From Planctomycetota bacterium (GTDB lineage: Bacteria > Planctomycetota > Phycisphaerae > Sedimentisphaerales > Anaerobacaceae), in contig JACNGQ010000180.1 of NCBI GenBank assembly GCA_014384025.1, forward strand, positions 1,443-65,442: a stretch of DNA of 64,000 bases. Direction: 5' to 3'. Position numbers and translations under genes: made by a program. Shown piece after piece: positions 58,561 through 64,000 of this stretch. The notes below the pieces were generated by a model. The model searched no databases. It was not told where the DNA came from and saw only the letters and a program-made list of their open reading frames with translations. Position 1 is the stretch's first letter. Each line of letters opens with the position of its first letter.

Positions 58561-60324
58561 ATGAAGCTTGACGCAACAAAAATGAAAGACTGGCAGATTG
58601 CAGAAGCTGCCGAAGAAGGGATGAAACCTGTCAGCCAACTGGCCCAGGAGATGGGATTGAAGGAAAGTGAGCTAATTCCGATGGGACGCAAGCTGGCTAA
58701 AGTCGATTACCAACAAGCCCTTGCCCGCCTTAAGGGTGCACCTACAGCAAAGTACATTGATGTTACAGCTATTACACCGACACCACTTGGTGAAGGCAAA
58801 ACAACCACAGCAGTGGGACTGATCGAAGGCCTCGGAAAACTGAAAAAACGCGTCGTCGGTGCAATCCGGCAGCCCAGCGGCGGTCCAACCTTCAACATCA
58901 AAGGTTCAGCGGCCGGCGGAGGTCTGGCGCAGTGCATTCCACTGACGCCCTTCTCTATCCGCCTTACAGGAGATATCGACTGTATTACAAACGCTCACAA
59001 TCTGGCTATGGTCGCCCTGACCTCACGTATGCAGCACGAACGCAATTATGACGATGCCCGCCTTGCAAAAAGTAACCTGAAGCGTTTGGATATTGACCCC
59101 GAACGTGTACAAATGAAATGGGCAATGGACTTCTGTGCCCAGGCACTTCGCGATATCAGGATAGGCCGGGGTGGAAAAATGGACGGCTTCGAGATGGATT
59201 CCGGTTTTCAAATTACCGTCTCAAGTGAAATCATGGCAATACTGGCCATTGCCAAAGACTTAAAAGACCTGCGGGAGCGTATGGCAAAAATCGTCGTGGC
59301 CTACGATAAAAAGGGCAACGAAGTTACCGCTGCCGACCTTGAGGTTGACGGCGCTATGACCGCCTGGATGGCCGATGCGATAAATCCGAACCTGCTCCAG
59401 ACCATTGAAGGCCAGCCAGTATTTGTGCATGCCGGCCCATTTGCAAACATTGCCATCGGCCAAAGCTCGGTCATAGCAGACAGGATAGGAACAAAACTCG
59501 GCGATTATCTTGTAACAGAAAGCGGATTCGGTGCCGATATCGGCTTCGAGAAATTCTGGAATTTGAAGTGCCGCATGTCGGGTCTGGCACCCGATGCGGT
59601 TGTTGTTGTGGCAACCATTCGCGCCCTGAAGATGCACGGCGGTGGACCGGCGGTGAAACCAGGCATACCGCTAAGCGCCGAATACACCAGTGAAAATCTC
59701 GAACTGGTTGAAAAAGGCTGTGAAAACCTGATCGCCCACATTGAAACAGTAAAGAAAAGCGGCGTTCGCCCAGTCGTTTGCGTAAACAGCTTCTACACCG
59801 ATACCAAGGCCGAAATTGCCCTGGTAAGAAAAATCGCCGAGCAAAACGGAGCTTTAGCTGCTGTTTCCGAACACTGGCTCAAAGGCGGCGATGGAGCAAT
59901 CGAAATTGCTGAAGCAGTTATGCAGGCCTGCAGCGAAACTAACAAATTCAAGTTCCTTTATGAGCTGGAGACTCCACTTAGAAAACGCATCGAACTAATC
60001 GCCAAGGAAGTTTATGGAGCGAGCGGAGTAACTTATAGCGATGAGGCACTGGCAAAAGCCAAAGCCATGGAAGCCGATCCGGCCTGCAAGACGTTAGGAA
60101 CCTGCATGGTTAAAACCCATCTCAGCTTATCGCACGACCCTGACTTAAAGAACAGGCCCACCGACTGGGAACTTCCAATCCGTGATATCCTCGTTTACAA
60201 AGGAGCAGGCTTCATCGTGCCGGTAGCCGGAGCGATTAAGCTGATGCCCGGCACGGCATCAAACCCGGCTTTCCGCAATATCGATGTGGATGTAAAAACC
60301 GGAAAGGTTCAGGGATTGTTCTAA
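58561..60324 (+). CDS. fhs: Formate--tetrahydrofolate ligase
   Basis: 587 aa. [16 protein letters not shown]-loop, [10 protein letters not shown] and [13 protein letters not shown] motifs. Confidence 0.95.
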   Translation: MKLDATKMKDWQIAEAAEEGMKPVSQLAQEMGLKESELIPMGRKLAKVDYQQALARLKGAPTAKYIDVTAITPTPLGEGKTTTAVGLIEGLGKLKKRVVGAIRQPSGGPTFNIKGSAAGGGLAQCIPLTPFSIRLTGDIDCITNAHNLAMVALTSRMQHERNYDDARLAKSNLKRLDIDPERVQMKWAMDFCAQALRDIRIGRGGKMDGFEMDSGFQITVSSEIMAILAIAKDLKDLRERMAKIVVAYDKKGNEVTAADLEVDGAMTAWMADAINPNLLQTIEGQPVFVHAGPFANIAIGQSSVIADRIGTKLGDYLVTESGFGADIGFEKFWNLKCRMSGLAPDAVVVVATIRALKMHGGGPAVKPGIPLSAEYTSENLELVEKGCENLIAHIETVKKSGVRPVVCVNSFYTDTKAEIALVRKIAEQNGALAAVSEHWLKGGDGAIEIAEAVMQACSETNKFKFLYELETPLRKRIELIAKEVYGASGVTYSDEALAKAKAMEADPACKTLGTCMVKTHLSLSHDPDLKNRPTDWELPIRDILVYKGAGFIVPVAGAIKLMPGTASNPAFRNIDVDVKTGKVQGLF

Positions 60325-60363
60325 ACAAAATCTAAATGTCGGATTCTTTCTTAGGAGTGACCG

Positions 60364-61257
60364 ATGACTGCACAAATTATAGATGGCAAACAAGTGGCCG
60401 CCGATATGCGGGCGGAACTGAAGGAAGAAGTGGCCAGGCTTAAAGAAAAGGGCATCGTTCCAGGTCTTGGAGTTGTCCTGGTAGGTGAAGACCCAGCCTC
60501 GAAATCCTATGTTACCGCGAAAGAACGCGCTTGTGAAGATATCGGAATTTATTCCGATGATAACCGCCTGCCTGCGGATGCATCCCAGGAAGAGCTGATG
60601 GCTTTGGTCGAGAAGATGAACAAGGACCCGAAAATCAACGGCATTCTCGTCCAGTTGCCCCTGCCGAAGGGCCTTAATGAGGCCGAGGTACTGCTTGCAA
60701 TTGACCCTGCCAAAGATGTTGACGGATTTCATCCTGTAAATGTTGGCAAAATGGTGGTAGGCGAAAAGGCGTTTTTGCCCTGCACGCCGCATGGTGTTAT
60801 CCAGCTTTTGAAACGCAGCGGCGTAACTATTGAAGGAGCCGAGGTGGTAATCGTCGGGCGAAGCAATATAGTCGGCAAACCTCTGGCAAATATGCTTATC
60901 CAGAAAAAGCCCAACGCCAATGCTACCGTAACCGTCTGCCATACTCGCACCAAGGACCTTGCTTATCACACAAAGCGGGCGGACATCGTCATCGCGGCAG
61001 CCGGCCGGCCCAATACTGTCACCGCCGATATGATTAAAGAAGGCGTTGTGGTAATCGATGTTGGGGTCAATCGCGTCGAGGATGCGACAAAGAAAAGGGG
61101 ATATCGTCTTGTCGGCGATGTTGATTTCGAGGCCGTTAAGGAAAAGGCCTCGTTTATTACCCCCGTCCCGGGTGGGGTAGGGCCAATGACAATTACGATG
61201 CTTCTTTACAATACAGTGGAATCCGCCAAAAGGGCCGCTGGCATTGAAGTCGAATAA
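60364..61257 (+). CDS. folD: Bifunctional methylenetetrahydrofolate dehydrogenase/methenyl-THF cyclohydrolase
   Basis: 297 aa. YVTAKERACEDIGI, VQLPLP, VVGRSNIVGKPLANML, PVPGGVGPMTITMLL. Confidence 0.95.
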   Translation: MTAQIIDGKQVAADMRAELKEEVARLKEKGIVPGLGVVLVGEDPASKSYVTAKERACEDIGIYSDDNRLPADASQEELMALVEKMNKDPKINGILVQLPLPKGLNEAEVLLAIDPAKDVDGFHPVNVGKMVVGEKAFLPCTPHGVIQLLKRSGVTIEGAEVVIVGRSNIVGKPLANMLIQKKPNANATVTVCHTRTKDLAYHTKRADIVIAAAGRPNTVTADMIKEGVVVIDVGVNRVEDATKKRGYRLVGDVDFEAVKEKASFITPVPGGVGPMTITMLLYNTVESAKRAAGIEVE

Positions 61258-61288
61258 TAACAGATTTCTACTATTGGCTTTGTTTTGG

Positions 61289-61368
61289 CACCCTTTAGGG
61301 TGATAAATTTCGCGAGTAGCATTATTAAAACAATCGTAAGAGTTCTTATCCACGCAAAAGCGTTCATT
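61289..61368. repeat. Repeat module A, copy 1
   Basis: 80 nt starting CACCCTTTAGGGTG...CGCGAGTAGC. An ungapped hand alignment to 61737-61816 gives 57 of 80 identities. Contains the small hairpin ACGC-AAAA-GCGT (61352-61363). Confidence 0.75.
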
Positions 61369-61379
61369 TTTGGCCTCTG

Positions 61380-61491
61380 AAATTGGGTTAAAATTGGCTT
61401 TGAATTGGGTTTGTTTTGGGTTAAATTGGCTTTGAATTGGGTTAAATTGGCTTTGTTTTGGCTTTAATTGGCTTTGAATTGGCTTTGTTTT
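61380..61491. repeat. Degenerate tandem array of 10-11-nt units AATTGG[GC]TT[TA]..., also readable as three 21-22-nt units AATTGGGTTAA(A)ATTGGCTTTG
   Basis: Read directly from the sequence: aattgggttaaaattggctttg / aattgggtttgttttgggttaaattggctttg / aattgggttaaattggctttgttttggctttaattggctttg / aattggctttgttttt. An isolated unit ATTGGCTTTGTTTTGG lies at 61273-61288. Confidence 0.85.
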
Positions 61492-61652
61492 TCGGCCCCG
61501 CCAGCGGGATAAAATCTCGTATTTACTTGTCAGATAAGTGTTTGCGCTCATTTTGTCATTCCCAAAATTGGGTTTGTTTTGCATAATTTGCTTATAAATT
61601 CGTACGTAAGAATTCGTAGAATTTATATAGCACAAATTCGAAATCCTAATAT

Positions 61653-61698
61653 CCCCCGACAGAAAAGCATGTAAGCGAACATCGAGGGTAAACTCCAT
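61653..61698. repeat. Repeat module C, copy 1
   Basis: 46 nt: CCCCCGACAG, an 18-nt variable core, then ATCGAGGGTAAACTCCAT. 37 of 46 positions are identical to 62275-62320, with identical 10-nt and 18-nt ends. Confidence 0.8.
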
Positions 61699-61736
61699 AT
61701 TGGGGATATCAAAATCTAAATAACTCAAATTCAAAA

Positions 61737-61816
61737 AACCCTTAAGGGTTGTAAAATCCGCGAGTAGCGGTACTAATATCATTGTAAGGCTCCTTTACCG
61801 CGTAAAAACGGTAATT
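61737..61816. repeat. Repeat module A, copy 2
   Basis: Starts with the 14-nt palindrome AACCCTTAAGGGTT followed by ...CCGCGAGTAGCGG. 57 of 80 positions are identical to copy 1. Hairpin TACCG-CGTAAAAA-CGGTA (61796-61813) sits at the homologous position. Confidence 0.75.
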
Positions 61817-61863
61817 GTAATCGAGAACACAATTCGTATTTCATATTGTCTCGGTGAGGGCAG

Positions 61864-61899
61864 AAAAACCCCATTAGAGTATAAGGCACTCTAACGGGG
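61864..61899 (-). terminator. Intrinsic terminator (hairpin family H, copy 1)
   Basis: On the minus strand CCCCGTTAGAGT, loop GCCTTAT, ACTCTAATGGGG form 12 contiguous pairs including one G-U, followed by TTTTT (plus-strand 61864-61868). Confidence 0.55.
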
Positions 61900-62079
61900 C
61901 AAGGCACTGCCTCTATAATTAGACGAGTGTGCAGCACTTATGATTTAATATTTACTATTGACTATTTACGATTGATGGTTTGCTAATCCCCGATTACGAC
62001 AATCGGGGACATGTTTGACTTGGCTTTCTGGCCTGTAACTTCGCTTTCTAGCGTGTTTCGTTAGCCATCTGGCTAACAT
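61864..62079 (-). ncRNA. Candidate small RNA or leaderless micro-ORF transcript, about 216 nt, family unknown
   Basis: Bounded by the extended -10 promoter at 62086-62113 and the terminator at 61864-61899. Contains hairpins at 62060-62077 (7 bp) and 61987-62009 (9 bp). No ORF of 60 aa or more. No expression or homology evidence is available. Confidence 0.3.
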
Positions 62080-62085
62080 ATGCGT

Positions 62086-62113
62086 ATTATACCATATTTT
62101 TGCCGAAAATCAA
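62086..62113 (-). promoter_or_regulatory. Candidate sigma-70 promoter with extended -10 (minus strand)
   Basis: The minus strand reads TTGATT (62113-62108), a 16-nt spacer, TGG (62094-62092), then TATAAT (62091-62086). Confidence 0.45.
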
Positions 62114-62274
62114 GAGAATTCGGTTTTAATCTCCAAGACTCTCCACTGTGTACCTGATGTTCGTAAATCGTTGTTATGGAAGGAGATAAAAAATTTTGAA
62201 AAATTTGATTTTTGTTTTTAACAGTGCGCGTTTTTGACTGATATTTAGCCCAGCCTATGACTCAAGACTACAGA

Positions 62275-62320
62275 CCCCCGACAGGAATACAAGCAAGTTG
62301 ATATCGAGGGTAAACTCCAT
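62275..62320. repeat. Repeat module C, copy 2
   Basis: CCCCCGACAG, an 18-nt variable core, then ATCGAGGGTAAACTCCAT. See copy 1. Confidence 0.8.
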
Positions 62321-62342
62321 CGTTTAGCGTAGAGAATTGAGA

Positions 62343-62373
62343 TCCCATTAGAATATAAGGCAGTCTAATGGGG
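62343..62373. repeat. Hairpin family H, copy 2
   Basis: TCCCATTAGAAT-ATAAGGC-AGTCTAATGGGG, followed by TAAGTTTGTGGTTG. No U-tract on either strand. Confidence 0.75.
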
Positions 62374-62395
62374 TAAGTTTGTGGTTGTTTTGCAT

Positions 62396-62420
62396 AATAA
62401 TAGGGTGCGTCCCTATTATT
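62396..62420. repeat. Perfect 10-bp stem palindrome
   Basis: AATAATAGGG, loop TGCGT, CCCTATTATT, lying between H copies 2 and 3. Confidence 0.8.
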
Positions 62421-62451
62421 TTACATTAGAGTATAAGGCACTCTAACGGGG
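62421..62451. repeat. Hairpin family H, copy 3 (5' arm partly replaced)
   Basis: TTACATTAGAGT-ATAAGGC-ACTCTAACGGGG, followed by CAAGTTTGTGGTTG, the same 3' flank as copy 2. Confidence 0.75.
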
Positions 62452-62506
62452 CAAGTTTGTGGTTGATCCGTCTTCGCTCAAGGCTACGCCGCGACAAGTT
62501 TTGGGA

Positions 62507-62535
62507 TTTTTGTTGGTTTTTGGTGGTTTTTGTCG
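62507..62535. repeat. Three phased 10-nt T-tract units
   Basis: TTTTTGTTGG TTTTTGGTGG TTTTTGTCG, read directly from the sequence. Confidence 0.7.
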
Positions 62536-62728
62536 AAAATTCCTCGATTTTTCGAGGTGTGGATGAGTTGATGCGAGATGCGAATTATTATATTTTCAAA
62601 CAATAGTCAAAAGAAATGACCGAAAAAGGACTTTTTTAGACCTCCCCTATCCCTGTATGTTGTAGGCAGGGAACCAACCGCATGTCCCTAGTTTACCACG
62701 GATCGAAACTAATTATATATGTTTAGAA

Positions 62729-63118
62729 TCAATGTTTGCTCAAATAGTCAGCAATCATAAAATTCGGGAATTGAACTTTGCAATTAGGGCACTGTACCGT
62801 CTCACATCCTTGTCTTGGTGTACTCTTTTGCACAAGTCGACAAGGGTTTCGTTCGACGTCAAAACATCTTGTACAAAAAGGTCCATCAACAGTTTCATTT
62901 TTTTCATTCTTCAACCAATATGCTGAGTGTTCACATATGAGTTTTCCTTTTAGTGACAATGCAGTTTTAAGTTTAGTTATCGTTCTATCTTTTTCTTTAA
63001 GCTTTTCAATGAGTTCTATTGCTTCGCTTTGCAAGTCTAGGATCTTGCGATATAATTCCATATTGTCAATTTTCTGGACGAGTCTTACTGCCTCTTTAGC
63101 ATCCTCTATCAGACCCAT
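62729..63118 (-). CDS. Hypothetical coiled-coil plus zinc-ribbon protein
   Basis: Start set at MGLIEDAKE (63118), after GGGAGA. The N-terminal ~60 aa are heptad-like (ELYRKILDLQSEAIELIEKLKEKDRTITKLK). The C-terminal part is LICEHS...FCTRCFD...NPC...GCETVQCPNC. AT-rich gene. Confidence 0.55.
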   Translation of the reverse strand: MGLIEDAKEAVRLVQKIDNMELYRKILDLQSEAIELIEKLKEKDRTITKLKTALSLKGKLICEHSAYWLKNEKNETVDGPFCTRCFDVERNPCRLVQKSTPRQGCETVQCPNCKVQFPNFMIADYLSKH

Positions 63119-63163
63119 GTTTATCTCCCAAATGAAACCTTGACCAATCCTTCCTGCCAATTC

Positions 63164-63442
63164 TTATTTCACTTTCTTGTATCCAAACCAGTTTGGTTTA
63201 TTACCAAACTGGTTGACTAAAGCATCTATCTTTGCTTTATCGTCAGATTCCCAAGTTATTCTATCATAAAACATGGACTCCGAATAAGGAGAGGTCTTTT
63301 CGTCGTAGCATGAAATAGTCAATACCCGGTCGATAGGAATATCGACATCCTTTTTCCCTCCTAAAACATCGCCTTCAAATGAACCTTCTTCCCATCCTCG
63401 TGGTGTTAGGTGATAGTCTTGCCGTTCTTTGCTGAATGACAT
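63164..63442 (-). CDS. Hypothetical 92-aa protein
   Basis: ORF with AAGAGGAG before the ATG. No family recognised. AT-rich. Confidence 0.5.
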   Translation of the reverse strand: MSFSKERQDYHLTPRGWEEGSFEGDVLGGKKDVDIPIDRVLTISCYDEKTSPYSESMFYDRITWESDDKAKIDALVNQFGNKPNWFGYKKVK

Positions 63443-63551
63443 AATAGCTCCTCTTTTCTAATTGGCTTTTAATATAATATATTGCGCTTTCCACTGATTT
63501 TATTCTGCCATTATACTAATAAAAACAAGGAATTTGGCCGCTGGACAGCTA

Positions 63552-64000
63552 TTAAGATAATATCATATTAATATTTGTAGTTTTTATATCTGTCTTAAAA
63601 TATACTTTTCCTTTTTCATTCCAAACTAAACTAGTTCCACCATCTTGAGAAACTACAAAAATTACTGCATCACTTGAATTAGAGCATAATCTTATTGCTG
63701 ATCTATGCCTCATTCCAAATTGCTCACTTTCTAATTCTGAGTAATTGTCAGAAGCTGGTCGATCGACTTTATAAACTTTACTTCCTTGTGATTTATCTAA
63801 CAGTATCTCCGCACCAAATCCTTCGAATTTTAAGTCGTTTTTTAATATTAAAGCACCATCGCTACCAGATAAATTTCCAATAAACATACAATCTTCAGCC
63901 AATTTCTTCTCTGCATTCAATAATTCAAAAGATGTTAAACTTAGTTCTTTATCCTTTTTTATGTTAATAATATTCTGCTCTAAATACATTAGTCTATCTA
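63552..64000 (-). CDS. DisA_N / diadenylate cyclase (DAC) domain-like protein, C-terminal part (frame stays open to the window edge)
   Basis: SGSDGALILKND...FGMRHRSAIRLCSNSSDAVIFVVSQDGGTSLVWNEKGKVY parallels the CdaA/DisA core hDGAvIi...lGTRHRAAlGiSE.sDAlvivVSEEtG.iSla.nG.l, including the DGA and RHR catalytic motifs. The three codons upstream of the listed Met (63990-63998) contain no stop, so the N-terminus probably lies outside the window. Confidence 0.65.
   Translation of the reverse strand, partial: DRLMYLEQNIINIKKDKELSLTSFELLNAEKKLAEDCMFIGNLSGSDGALILKNDLKFEGFGAEILLDKSQGSKVYKVDRPASDNYSELESEQFGMRHRSAIRLCSNSSDAVIFVVSQDGGTSLVWNEKGKVYFKTDIKTTNINMILS

Noticed and set aside
60259-61782. A 507-aa minus-strand ORF, one of the longer ORFs in the track.
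   Set aside because: About 330 codons are antisense to folD, which is unambiguous (VQLPLP, PVPGGVGPMT). The remainder runs through the short-unit repeats, giving low-complexity text such as KPIQSQLKPKQSQFNPIQSQFNPKQTQFKANFNPI. It is a shadow ORF plus a repeat artefact, with no Shine-Dalgarno sequence at any internal Met.
61653-62320. Mini-ORFs starting MEFTLD on the minus strand at both module C copies.
   Set aside because: Neither has a Shine-Dalgarno sequence. Copy 2 stops after 21 codons, while copy 1 runs into the folD-antisense shadow ORF. Conservation covers the DNA ends rather than a reading frame.
61869-62451. A CRISPR-array interpretation of the three similar hairpin repeats.
   Set aside because: There are only three copies with irregular spacing (474 and 78 nt). 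The copies differ from one another. No cas genes or leader are present, and the flanks are themselves repeats.
61346-62566. A replication origin: near-consensus DnaA boxes TTATCCACG (61346-61354) and TCATCCACA (reverse complement, 62558-62566), plus phased AT-rich arrays.
   Set aside because: There are only two imperfect boxes in 1.4 kb. No dnaA/dnaN neighbourhood or recognisable 13-mer unwinding element is present. A perfect TTATCCACA also occurs inside coaE (21752-21760), which shows the chance background.

Overview
This is a 64-kb chromosomal window. Hand-counted 60-nt lines in the core genes give about 45-50% G+C. It comes from an anaerobic bacterium, possibly in the PVC group (Planctomycetota/Phycisphaerae-like). 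That placement is a low-confidence inference from the tandem LamG-type secreted paralogues and the style of the intergenic repeats. Most of the window is ordinary and densely coding.

Housekeeping genes include valS, rho, coaE, dapF, lspA, gpmI, mutL, queFCE and tRNA-Leu(GAG). There are two histidine kinase/response regulator pairs, a GAF-GGDEF cyclase and a PilZ protein. A merR-like / flgB-like / flhG / fliA block looks like a flagellar regulatory operon. A B12/iron-type ABC transporter is also present.

A ModE-like regulator, a WtpABC tungstate/molybdate transporter and a MobB-like/MobA fusion sit directly upstream of an 11-gene Wood-Ljungdahl cluster. That cluster reads DUF3786-cooC-cooS/acsA-acsB-acsC-acsV-cooC2-acsD-acsE-fhs-folD.

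The unusual part is the right-hand end. A 1.47-kb gene-free stretch (61258-62728) is packed with several repeat families. It also holds a promoter-to-terminator unit that looks like an unannotated small RNA or leaderless micro-ORF. It is followed by an AT-rich three-gene island (62729-64000, minus strand). The island's last gene runs off the window and encodes a DisA_N/diadenylate-cyclase-like domain with intact DGA and RHR motifs.

I saw no rRNA, CRISPR array, transposase, integrase or reverse transcriptase. All functional calls rest on motif recognition in the supplied translations and on hand-read DNA. No database search was possible.
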